A stretch of DNA of 64,000 bases from Peptococcaceae bacterium UBA7185 (GCA_002491065.1 DKVF01000031.1:19946-83945); one strand, 5' to 3'. Counted from the first letter of the stretch, positions 18,234-26,425 are shown. The notes: generated by a model not told the origin, from the sequence alone. Program-made: numbers and translations.

Positions 18234-19916
18234 TTATTCATCACGCAGGAATTCCATATATGGTGAGCTGTATTTAGTCATGGCATTGACAATCAGTTCC
18301 ACCAATCCGCCGTAATGAACGTTGTAGCGGTGTAGACCATAATGCTCAATGATATCACGCATAGCGCCTTTGCAGTTGGAGCATGGTGCACAGATATATT
18401 TTGGAATATCGGTGTTTTCCATAACTTCAGGACCGAATGCTTCCAGGATCTGTTCTAATTTTTTACGATGGGCAATATTATTGCGCCATTGTGGGAAGCT
18501 CATGGACTGCATAATTGCGAAACCGGAACCGCCGCCGCAGCAGTAGTTGTTCACACCGTGGTCCTTCATTTCGTAGTAAGGCAGGCCCATGTTGCCATAG
18601 TGCCCTGGCTTCATGATTGCTTTCAGGATATCACGCTGTGGTTTTACAATACCCATCTGACGAACATAGTTACATGGGTCATGCAATACAACAGGGAAGT
18701 CGTTGCGGTTCGGGTCAATCTGGAAGGTGCCGCTCAATACCAAATCACGCATCAAAGGCAGGAAGCTCTGTACTGGTACACGGTCGCTGCCTGGATAGTA
18801 GCGGTCTGCCATGATGGCAGCTGCTTTGTGGGCATGGCCGCATTCTGCGATTACGATACGTTTTACGCCTAATTTTTTAGCAACTTCGTTCTGTTTTACA
18901 GCGACTTTTTTGCACTGTGCGTCATCATACCACAAGCCGTAGTTTACGTTGTCATAGCCGCAGATATCGCTGGATAAGGTCCAGGACAGACCAGCTTCCT
19001 GGAACAGCATGGTAAATGCCATAGGGTTTTCAGGCCATGCGTTAAATTCACCGGCATTGTGGATGAGCAGAATGTCAGCACCTTCTACGTCCATTGGTGT
19101 TTTGTATTCGGTTACGCCTTCGCCGAACAAATCGGTAGCGTCTTCATCCAAAAATTCTACAGTGTCCAGGAAAGGAACCTTGGACATACCGGTGGAAGAA
19201 CCGGTTTTTAACTGCAGCTGTGTTCCTTTTTCATGTAATGGTTTTGGAGCGTAGCCCATTTCCTGGCTGAAAATTTTACGAATTTCACGGGCAATCAGAC
19301 CATTGTCCAAAGCCAACGGACAGGTTTGCGCGCAGCGACGGCACAGGTTGCAGCGGTAGGACAGTTCGCCCAGACGTGCTACAGTTTCCCAGTTTAAGTC
19401 GATATCGCCGCCTACGAATTTTACCATAACGCCTTTTTTGCCGCCAGGAATTAATTTGCCGTTTTTGTCGAAATATTTTTTCACAATCATACGCAATACT
19501 TCAGCGCGGTAGGTAGGACGATATAGTTCATTGCCGTTGGAGGCTTCAAAGATGTGGCAAGCGCCGGAACAAGTGTTGCATTTAGCGCAATATTCCATGG
19601 TCAGGTTTAATACCTGCATGATACCGCCGTTGGTATCCAGCGACAGCATTTTTTCTACGCCGCGCAGAAATTTCTGTACCAGTTCGTCTTCTTCTTCTTT
19701 GGTTTTTGGTCTTTCAAAGGTATCAATGGCGATAAAACCATCTAGTTCACTGTTATATTTTTCATTCCACTCGGCTTTTGGTGCTTTAAAACCTGGTTCC
19801 ATCTCCGGTTTGTCAAAAGGAGCCGGCAACGGTTTTAAGTCAGCGACGGTCAGTTCAATTAACTGCTCAGACATGTCGCCCATATCGCGCGGTCTTAACT
19901 CTTTACCGTTTTTCAC
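18234..19916 (-). CDS. DsrK/HdrD-like Fe-S oxidoreductase (2x[4Fe-4S] ferredoxin motifs + CCG cysteine-rich domains)
   Basis: CAKCNTCSGACH and CNLCRRCAQTCP, followed by the CCG-type motifs HDPCNY and NNYCCGGGSG. GTG 19916 is 7 nt after GGAGGA. Confidence 0.8.
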   Translation of the reverse strand: MKNGKELRPRDMGDMSEQLIELTVADLKPLPAPFDKPEMEPGFKAPKAEWNEKYNSELDGFIAIDTFERPKTKEEEDELVQKFLRGVEKMLSLDTNGGIMQVLNLTMEYCAKCNTCSGACHIFEASNGNELYRPTYRAEVLRMIVKKYFDKNGKLIPGGKKGVMVKFVGGDIDLNWETVARLGELSYRCNLCRRCAQTCPLALDNGLIAREIRKIFSQEMGYAPKPLHEKGTQLQLKTGSSTGMSKVPFLDTVEFLDEDATDLFGEGVTEYKTPMDVEGADILLIHNAGEFNAWPENPMAFTMLFQEAGLSWTLSSDICGYDNVNYGLWYDDAQCKKVAVKQNEVAKKLGVKRIVIAECGHAHKAAAIMADRYYPGSDRVPVQSFLPLMRDLVLSGTFQIDPNRNDFPVVLHDPCNYVRQMGIVKPQRDILKAIMKPGHYGNMGLPYYEMKDHGVNNYCCGGGSGFAIMQSMSFPQWRNNIAHRKKLEQILEAFGPEVMENTDIPKYICAPCSNCKGAMRDIIEHYGLHRYNVHYGGLVELIVNAMTKYSSPYMEFLRDE

Positions 19917-19940
19917 AATACATTCCTCCGTTTCAATTGA

Positions 19941-20849
19941 TTATTTCTGTACAGGCATTTCGGCTTCTACAGGACCGTTTTCGTGTGGAGCGGACCATTT
20001 CAAAGCGTTTGGATCTTTTGGTTTCTGAGATGCAGCGATGATATTTGCTTCAATTTTGCTGCCAGGCATATTTGGTGCGTTATCCCAGATTACTTTGTGG
20101 AAGGTATAATATTTTCCCACATAATGGCTCAGCTTGGTCAGCGGAATGTAAACGCTGATGAAAGCCAGACAGAGGATAAACAGAACCAAAACGGCAGGAA
20201 CGCCTTCTGGATAGAATACTTCCAAAGACTGGAATGTAAACATAGCGTGAGCAATGTTGCGACCGAAGCCAAAGGTCATGTCGCCCAGCCAGTTGAGCAG
20301 ACCAAAAGCAGAGGTTGCCAACAGAATCACCAGGTTGAAATATTCCTGCGGTGTGGTATAGCTCTTAAACTCTCTGACAAAGAGACGTTTGCACAATAGA
20401 CCGATGGCTCCGACGGTCATCAGCACGCCGGCAACGATCCCTGCCAATGTGGTCAGGACAATAATGATAGTGGAAAATACACCGGCTGGCACAAAAGCGC
20501 CGATCAGGCACAATACGCTCCAGGCGATTGCGGCGTACATACCTAAATGTAAAGAGTAGGACAGCCACCAGAATTTGTTCTGATGGATAAACAGTTTTTT
20601 GATGAACAGCATTTCTTCAAACATATCGATCAGTTCGCGTTTCAGATTGTGCTGCCGTTCCTTTTCGTACCATTTGTCTTCTTCCATGTAAGAACCGCCA
20701 TAGCGGAATTTTTCATCTGATTCCAGCGGAATCGGATACAGGTCTTGTCTGCCATGCTGAGGTAATTTTCCGTAATCCATGAATTTCTTTACAGACAATC
20801 CGATGAATGCAATCAGAGCAACCCAGCAAAGGATAGTTAAAATAATCAT
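19941..20849 (-). CDS. DsrM/NarI-like polytopic membrane protein (putative di-heme b quinol-interacting subunit)
   Basis: About 5-6 TM helices with paired His in TM segments (FIHQNKFWWLSYSLHLGMY; LSHYVGKYYTFHKV). It lies immediately upstream of the DsrK-like gene. The start at MIILTILCW (ATG 20849) follows AAGGAGG. The ORF-track start at 20951 is a 5' extension. Confidence 0.65.
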   Translation of the reverse strand: MIILTILCWVALIAFIGLSVKKFMDYGKLPQHGRQDLYPIPLESDEKFRYGGSYMEEDKWYEKERQHNLKRELIDMFEEMLFIKKLFIHQNKFWWLSYSLHLGMYAAIAWSVLCLIGAFVPAGVFSTIIIVLTTLAGIVAGVLMTVGAIGLLCKRLFVREFKSYTTPQEYFNLVILLATSAFGLLNWLGDMTFGFGRNIAHAMFTFQSLEVFYPEGVPAVLVLFILCLAFISVYIPLTKLSHYVGKYYTFHKVIWDNAPNMPGSKIEANIIAASQKPKDPNALKWSAPHENGPVEAEMPVQK

Positions 20850-20971
20850 TCTAGTACCTCCTTGGTTTTTTGTAATTGTTTTGTGCGTCCTGCCATTTGC
20901 CGCCCACTGCACCGCCTGATGTACAGCTGTATGAAACAAAAGGTCATTCACGCAAAATCCTACTAACTATC

Positions 20972-20999
20972 ATTATACCGAATTGCAAGGCAATTTCAA
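20972..20999 (-). promoter_or_regulatory. Sigma-A type promoter for the DsrMK-like operon
   Basis: Minus strand: TTGAAA (20999-20994), 16-nt spacer, TATAAT (20977-20972). Confidence 0.55.
20981..20995. promoter_or_regulatory. Perfect 6-3-6 palindrome (candidate operator) inside that promoter
   Basis: AATTGC-AAG-GCAATT occupies the spacer and the edge of the -35. Confidence 0.4.
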
Positions 21000-21282
21000 A
21001 TCTTTTTTGCAATCCGACGAACTTTGACAATAAACATCTATTTCCTAAGGTATCAAGAAATATTATAAGCTTTGTCAGAGAAGGAAGAGAGAAACCTTTT
21101 TGTTCTGATTTCATTATACATGATTTGCGCAGCAGAAAAAGGAGAAATTGTTGGAAAACTTACGGGGATTCCCCCTTTGAAATATGACAGATGGGTGTTA
21201 TCATGCTATGATGTATTTGCATTGGTACAATTTTAAAGAGCTCAGTGGGACGATGATGTATTTTTATTTATTCTTCATTAAG

Positions 21283-21316
21283 AAAGAAAAAATGCCAACA
21301 GAAAAAACTGTTGGCA
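21283..21316 (-). terminator. Rho-independent terminator of the 43-aa ORF
   Basis: Minus strand: TGCCAACAG-tttttt-CTGTTGGCA followed by TTTTTTCTTTCT. Confidence 0.7.
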
Positions 21317-21375
21317 GCAAACATAGTTCCTGTTTTGGGGATACGCAAGACAGGTATCCCAGGCAAGGCTTAGAA

Positions 21376-21507
21376 TTAATAATTACCGGCCATCCACATG
21401 CCCAGCCAAAAAATTAAAGCGATGGCGGCGATATGCCAAATCCACCAGCCGGGACGCAAAAATGCCCAGGTGCCCAGATTGCGGTCAATTTTTTTGATTT
21501 GATCCAT
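21376..21507 (-). CDS. Small (43 aa) Trp-rich single-pass membrane peptide, below the ORF-track cutoff
   Basis: MDQIKKIDRNLGTWAFLRPGWWIWHIAAIALIFWLGMWMAGNY*. GGAG lies about 9 nt upstream of the ATG. It has its own terminator (21283-21316) and a possible TATAAT at 21557-21552. Confidence 0.5.
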   Translation of the reverse strand: MDQIKKIDRNLGTWAFLRPGWWIWHIAAIALIFWLGMWMAGNY

Positions 21508-21659
21508 GGTATTCACGCTCCTTTTCTCTTAGTATGGAGAATGGCAGGGAGATTATACTGGAAGTATTTTGTGTTTCTTAAGAATAAAAGAAGTCAAGTT
21601 AGAAGAATACAAAAATAGGATTTGGCGCACAGAGATCACATCACCTGTGCAAGTCTTAA

Positions 21660-21688
21660 TTGAGAACTGTGCGAAAAAGTAGTATAAT
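21660..21688 (+). promoter_or_regulatory. Sigma-A type promoter of the LytTR two-component operon
   Basis: TTGAGA (21660-21665), 17-nt spacer, TATAAT (21683-21688), 25 nt upstream of ATG 21713. Confidence 0.65.
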
Positions 21689-21712
21689 GGCACTTGCGAG
21701 AGAGGTGAGAGC

Positions 21713-22432
21713 ATGTTACGTATCGCAATTTGTGATGATGAGGACAGCGCAGTTGCAGAACATAAAAAAATTACAGAAGCCTGTTTGCAGCAATGCGGCA
21801 GTGCAGGTGAAATTGTGACCTATACTGCTGGGGACAATCTGCTTTATGACATCACCGAAGATGATTTTTTCTTTGATTTGATTTTGTTGGACATAGAGAT
21901 GCCAGGAAATACCGGCATGGAGATTGCTGCGAGTATAAAGCCTTGTTTGCCCAATGTGAAAATAATTTTTATAACCTCGCACATTGAATACGCAATCGAC
22001 GCCTTTGAGCTGTCTATTTTTCGCTATGTGCCCAAGGATGAAATTGATAAACGGCTGTTTTCTGCCATTCAGGACGCCATTAAGCTTATCACCTTGGAGG
22101 ACGGTAAGGTTTATACCATTCAGACGAACAGTCGTCTGGAAAAGATTCCCTATCGGGAGATTTATTATATTGAGCGGGAAGGGAAAAACGCGAAAATTTC
22201 CGCAGCCGGCGGTGTGTCCAAGGTGCGGAAGAGTTTGCAGCAGGTTTATGAAGAATTAAACGCGGAAGAATTTATCTATATTGACCGGGGCTGTATCGTG
22301 AATCTCATCCACATTATGCAGATAAGAGATGGGATGGCTGTTCTGAAGAATGGCATGTCACTGCCCATAAGCCGTACCCATCTGCAGGGCGTGAAGGCGC
22401 AGCTCAACAACTACTGGGGGATGCATATATGA
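21713..22432 (+). CDS. LytTR-family response regulator
   Basis: Receiver domain (MLRIAICDDED...LLDIEMPGNTGMEIA) plus a C-terminal LytTR DNA-binding pattern (IYYIEREGKNAKI...YIDRGCIVNL). Confidence 0.9.
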   Translation: MLRIAICDDEDSAVAEHKKITEACLQQCGSAGEIVTYTAGDNLLYDITEDDFFFDLILLDIEMPGNTGMEIAASIKPCLPNVKIIFITSHIEYAIDAFELSIFRYVPKDEIDKRLFSAIQDAIKLITLEDGKVYTIQTNSRLEKIPYREIYYIEREGKNAKISAAGGVSKVRKSLQQVYEELNAEEFIYIDRGCIVNLIHIMQIRDGMAVLKNGMSLPISRTHLQGVKAQLNNYWGMHI

Positions 22433-23727
22433 TGACTTGGCTGATAGCATTTTCAGGCTTTGTAGCAGGCAGTGTGCGGATGATGGGCTGTCTGCTCTTG
22501 TTGTCCCGGCTGCTTTTTGTCAAAGAACCGGCAAAGCAAAGTATCACGACGGTTGCTGTCGGTGCGGCTGTGATTTCTGTCCTTCTGTCTGTGACAGGCT
22601 TGTCAGATTTTTATCGCATGACGCTGGAAATACTTTTAATCGTGTGCTGTGCCAGTTATTTTCAGAAAGCGGATAGGCGCATGAGTCTGTTTGTGGGAAT
22701 CTTTTATGAGATTGCTGTTTTCTTTTGGCAGTTTCTTTTTGCGGCGTGGCTGGGCGTGGGATTTCGGTCTGCCGCTTTTCTTGATTATGGAACGGGAGCG
22801 GGGCAAGTCGCAGTTTGGTGTCTCCATTTGTCGTTGTTTGTTTTGCTCCTGTATCTTTTGAAACGTCCGAATCTGGGTGCAAAAGAAGGGTTCCGTTTTG
22901 CATCTGCAATTGTCATTGCAGGATTTCTGGCAGTGGTTTCCTTGTCCCAGCAGACTGTTCTGGTGATTGCCGATGATACCTTGGAGATGTGGACCATCTT
23001 GGCAGTCGTTCTGCTGATGGCCGTTTTGGTGTTCAATATGAATCGGCAGTATGAGGTTGAAAAGGAACTGGCAGCGCTAAAATCTCAACAGGCGGAGCTG
23101 TTGGAGCGTGATTATGCAGCCTTGCACAACGCTTATGCAATCAATGCAAAATTGTTCCATGATTTTCACAATCATATCGGTGTGCTGCGTCAGCTGCTTG
23201 TCCATGATAAGACGGAGGAAGCCGTGCAGTATTTGGATGCGCTGCAGGCGCCTGTGAGAGAATTGACCGACACGGTGTGGACAGGAGAGGAAACGGTAGA
23301 CTATCTCATCAACAGCAAAGCCATAGCTGCAGAAGCACAGGGCATCACGTATCAGGTACAGGCGGAATTTCCCCGCCATACAAATCTCAGAAGTGCCGAC
23401 TTGTGCGCGATATTGGGTAATCTTTTGGACAATGCACTGGAAGCCGCAGGGCAGATCCCCGATTCAGAGCAGAGATTCATCAGGCTTACCATCCGCCGCA
23501 TCCATCAAATGCTCATCATAAAGGTGGAGAACACTTTCTTCACGCCGCCTGAACAACAGGAAGGCGAGCTGAAAACGTCAAAAGCTGAAGCGGGCTTGCA
23601 TGGATGGGGACTAAAAAGCGCCCAGACTGCTGCTGAAAAATATGATGGCATGGTACAGATATCTTATACCGGAAATATTTTCCGGGCAATTGTCACCTTA
23701 TCCTATCAGGGCGTATCTGTTGAATGA
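22429..23727 (+). CDS. AgrC/NatK-type (HPK10, GHKL) membrane sensor histidine kinase
   Basis: About 6 N-terminal TM helices, H-box FHDFHNHIGVL, N-box ILGNLLDNALEA and G-box GWGLKS. The ATGA overlaps the RR stop. Confidence 0.85.
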   Translation: MMTWLIAFSGFVAGSVRMMGCLLLLSRLLFVKEPAKQSITTVAVGAAVISVLLSVTGLSDFYRMTLEILLIVCCASYFQKADRRMSLFVGIFYEIAVFFWQFLFAAWLGVGFRSAAFLDYGTGAGQVAVWCLHLSLFVLLLYLLKRPNLGAKEGFRFASAIVIAGFLAVVSLSQQTVLVIADDTLEMWTILAVVLLMAVLVFNMNRQYEVEKELAALKSQQAELLERDYAALHNAYAINAKLFHDFHNHIGVLRQLLVHDKTEEAVQYLDALQAPVRELTDTVWTGEETVDYLINSKAIAAEAQGITYQVQAEFPRHTNLRSADLCAILGNLLDNALEAAGQIPDSEQRFIRLTIRRIHQMLIIKVENTFFTPPEQQEGELKTSKAEAGLHGWGLKSAQTAAEKYDGMVQISYTGNIFRAIVTLSYQGVSVE

Positions 23728-23737
23728 GTATGCATTA

Positions 23738-23775
23738 GAAGCTGCAAGGCATGTGGAATGCTTTGCAGCTTTTTC
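23738..23775 (+). terminator. Rho-independent terminator after the kinase gene
   Basis: GAAGCTGCAAGG, 11-nt loop, CTTTGCAGCTT followed by TTTT. Confidence 0.7.
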
Positions 23776-23878
23776 GCGGTCAAAAACCTGCCGTTTACGG
23801 ACATTCGGGCACAGTGGCAGTTTTTGCGCTATGCTAAAGACATGATAAATCAAAGAAAAATTTGAGGAGGAAAAAGCT

Positions 23879-24055
23879 ATGCGTCATGTTGTGATTCGTG
23901 GATTGTTAGGTTTGCTGTGGTTGGTGGCTGCTTTGGTAAGCGGCCAATCGGAAAATTTTGAAATGGCTGCCTTTTATGTTCTGCTGGGCGGAGTATTCCT
24001 GTATTCAGCTTTTACCACGTGGAAAAAGGAAAGGGACAAGAATGGGGGACGATAA
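23879..24055 (+). CDS. Small (58 aa) two-TM membrane protein, below the ORF-track cutoff
   Basis: MRHVVIRGLLGLLWLVAALVSGQSENFEMAAFYVLLGGVFLYSAFTTWKKERDKNGGR*. SD GAGGAGG is 7 nt upstream. The 3' end overlaps the ABC ATPase start. Confidence 0.55.
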   Translation: MRHVVIRGLLGLLWLVAALVSGQSENFEMAAFYVLLGGVFLYSAFTTWKKERDKNGGR

Positions 24056-24764
24056 AATGTGTGTACCGCTGTTGTCCATAAAAAATTTGAGCGCATGGTA
24101 TGATAGCGAAAAAATGGCGCTCAAAGGGCTTACCTTGGAATTGGCTGAACATGAGGTTGTGGGCTTAATCGGGCTGAATGGCGCGGGAAAAACGACATTT
24201 TTGCAGGTCTTGTCCGGTCTCTTGCCCACGTTTCGCTCCGATGGCGTCTGGTTTTGCGGGCGCTCTGTGACATTCAGGGAGCGGAATTTTAAGCTTTGCC
24301 GCTATAGTGTGTTTGCCGAGGACAATTCCTTTCAGTATTTTACTTTTCGTGAATATCTCTCCTATGTATTTTCAGCATATGGGAACGCGCTGCCCGATGT
24401 TTCAGAGCTGGTGCAGGGCTTTCACTTTGAAGATTATACAGACGTTTTATTGAAGGAGCTTTCAACGGGCAACCGCAAAAAGGTTTTTCTGATCACGGCA
24501 TTTGCGCTGAAACCCAAATTGCTTTTGCTTGATGAGCCGGTGAACGGGCTGGATTTTGAAAGTACAGAATATCTGTATAAGCAAATTGCTGGTTATAAAG
24601 AGTATGGTACGGTTTTGTTTTCCTCGCATATTTTGGAAAGCATCGCGCTGACCGCTGATCGGGTAGTGGTTTTGAAGGATGGAAAAATCCGGCGGAATTT
24701 AAAAAAGGGACAGATTGATGCGGTTGGTATTCGGGAGGCTTTGCGCTATGAACAGGATGTGTAA
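24042..24764 (+). CDS. ABC transporter ATP-binding protein
   Basis: Walker A GLNGAGKTT, signature LSTGNRKK and Walker B LLLLDEP. The start is ATG 24042 (alternative 24057). The ORF-track start at 23958 is a 5' extension. Confidence 0.85.
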   Translation: MGDDKMCVPLLSIKNLSAWYDSEKMALKGLTLELAEHEVVGLIGLNGAGKTTFLQVLSGLLPTFRSDGVWFCGRSVTFRERNFKLCRYSVFAEDNSFQYFTFREYLSYVFSAYGNALPDVSELVQGFHFEDYTDVLLKELSTGNRKKVFLITAFALKPKLLLLDEPVNGLDFESTEYLYKQIAGYKEYGTVLFSSHILESIALTADRVVVLKDGKIRRNLKKGQIDAVGIREALRYEQDV

Positions 24765-25956
24765 AGTTTTTTTCCAAAATTTATTTGGCACTAAGCAGAA
24801 TCCGTTCATACGGACAGGCATTATCTGTCTGATTCTCCTTGGGAGTCTCTCGATAGCCGATTATCAGGTCCCAATGAAGCCGTCCATTTTATATCTGATG
24901 GTAAGTACCTTCACCGCAGGCGTGATGTGGCAGGGGCTTTCTTCGGAGACGTGTGCCGCGCACATGCAGCATATGCTCATGCTTCCCTTTGCAGGGCGGG
25001 AATTTGTGTTTTCCTATATAGCTGCAGTGGGACTGTATACTTTTTTGACGAAAACAGCGGTTTTGCTGGCACTTGTGCTGGCGGTGTCGGTGTGGAGCTG
25101 GGCAGAACTGTTGGGCAGTGTTCTTTGTGCGGTGAATGCCATCCTCATGACTGCTGCTATCTTTTCCTGGAAACAAAAATGGCCTGGGGGAGTTTTTTGG
25201 AGTGCTGCGGTACTTGCCGTCCTCTTTTCTTGCTGGGAGAAGCCGTGGTTTCTGCCGCTGCTGTTGTGCAACAGCATTCTGGCAGTTTTATCCTTGCGCA
25301 GCGCCGACGGTTATGCCTTCTATTTGCAGGGCAGGAAAAGCAAGATGGCGAGGGGGCGCAAACGTTATTGGCTATGGATGTATTTCCTACGCTATTTGGG
25401 AAGTCATAAAAACTATCTCGCCAACACTGTGATTCTGTGGTGTATGGCCTGTGTCTTTCCCTTCTTTATCAGGCAGACGGCAAGTTGGTCTATGATTCCC
25501 CTTGGCTTTGCCATCCTTTCCCTGAACACGCCTATTTGTATTTTGCTGTCCTGCGACCGCGCTTTAGAGCGTGCCGTGCGGTTTCTGCCCAATCAGGAGA
25601 AAGGTTTCTGCGTGCCCTATTGTGCATTCATTTTCTTGTGCAATCTGAGCGCAGATGGAATCTTTCTCTGCAGCCTGCAAATCCAGCTGGGCGGCGTTAC
25701 CGCGCAAATGATTGCCGTTGCCATTTTCTTTGCTCTGCAAAGCGCAATTTTTTCTGTTCTCTTGGAATGGTTTTGCCCCATTCGTGATTGGAAGCTGGAG
25801 AGTGATTTATGGCATCATCCCAGAAAATATCTCGTACCGGCAACGATGCTTTTGCTGGCATTTGCCGTGGGAACGATGCCAATGCTCCAATTCCTATTGC
25901 TTTGTTTGCTGGCTGCTGAACTTGCAGGGTTGTTTATTTACTGTGGGAGGTGCTAA
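24748..25956 (+). CDS. Polytopic membrane protein, presumed permease partner of the ABC ATPase
   Basis: About 10 hydrophobic helices and no recognisable catalytic motif. The start overlaps the ATPase stop (ATG 24748, or ATG 24757 in an ATGTGTAA overlap). Confidence 0.6.
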   Translation: MNRMCKVFFQNLFGTKQNPFIRTGIICLILLGSLSIADYQVPMKPSILYLMVSTFTAGVMWQGLSSETCAAHMQHMLMLPFAGREFVFSYIAAVGLYTFLTKTAVLLALVLAVSVWSWAELLGSVLCAVNAILMTAAIFSWKQKWPGGVFWSAAVLAVLFSCWEKPWFLPLLLCNSILAVLSLRSADGYAFYLQGRKSKMARGRKRYWLWMYFLRYLGSHKNYLANTVILWCMACVFPFFIRQTASWSMIPLGFAILSLNTPICILLSCDRALERAVRFLPNQEKGFCVPYCAFIFLCNLSADGIFLCSLQIQLGGVTAQMIAVAIFFALQSAIFSVLLEWFCPIRDWKLESDLWHHPRKYLVPATMLLLAFAVGTMPMLQFLLLCLLAAELAGLFIYCGRC

Positions 25957-25960
25957 TTTG

Positions 25961-26182
25961 ATGAGATGTTCAGGAAAATGCCCAAAATGCGGCGGAGCCA
26001 ATCTCATTCGGATTTCGGATAACCCAAGCCGCTATGCCAGTGGAAATAATATTTACACCTCTACCATAACGCTGGTGGGAAAAATTCCTGTTATTCGTTA
26101 TGTCTGCTGCGACTGCGGGTATGTGGAAAACTGGGTGGAACAGAAAAAAGGACTGGCAAAGATTCAGCATACTTTTGGGTAA
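25961..26182 (+). CDS. Small (73 aa) four-Cys zinc-ribbon protein
   Basis: MRCSGKCPKCGG...RYVCCDCGYVENW. GGGAGG lies upstream. It begins 4 nt after the permease stop. The ORF-track start at 25712 overlaps the permease gene. Confidence 0.55.
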   Translation: MRCSGKCPKCGGANLIRISDNPSRYASGNNIYTSTITLVGKIPVIRYVCCDCGYVENWVEQKKGLAKIQHTFG

Positions 26183-26425
26183 GATTTTTGCCGATGGGGG
26201 ACGATTTATTTGACTTCTCTATAGACTTTTTGTATGCTAGAAAAAAGCCTATGGAGGAGTTTTTTTGTGAGGTGGTGCAGCAGTTTGTTTGTTCAAAAAT
26301 TTATGGGTACATAGTTCATTTTTTATTGACGCGCACAATTTATTATAAAGATACATTCTGTTTGTAACGAAGCAATTTGCATAAGTGCTTCAAAGCAGGT
26401 TTCCATGGCTTTTGCGTGAAAAATG

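Noticed and set aside
20876-21618. Plus-strand ORFs 20876-21187, 21184-21417 and 21433-21618
   Set aside because: They lie in an AT-rich promoter/terminator region without an SD. The last is antisense to the better-supported 43-aa minus-strand ORF, and the terminator hairpin at 21283-21316 cuts through the second.
26209-26300. Promoter-like TTGACT-17-TATGCT followed by a 21-codon ORF (MEEFFCEVVQQFVCSKIYGYI*), considered as a possible signalling peptide for the adjacent kinase
   Set aside because: There is no SD before the ATG, no leader or cleavage motif, and no terminator. It cannot be distinguished from chance in an AT-rich spacer.
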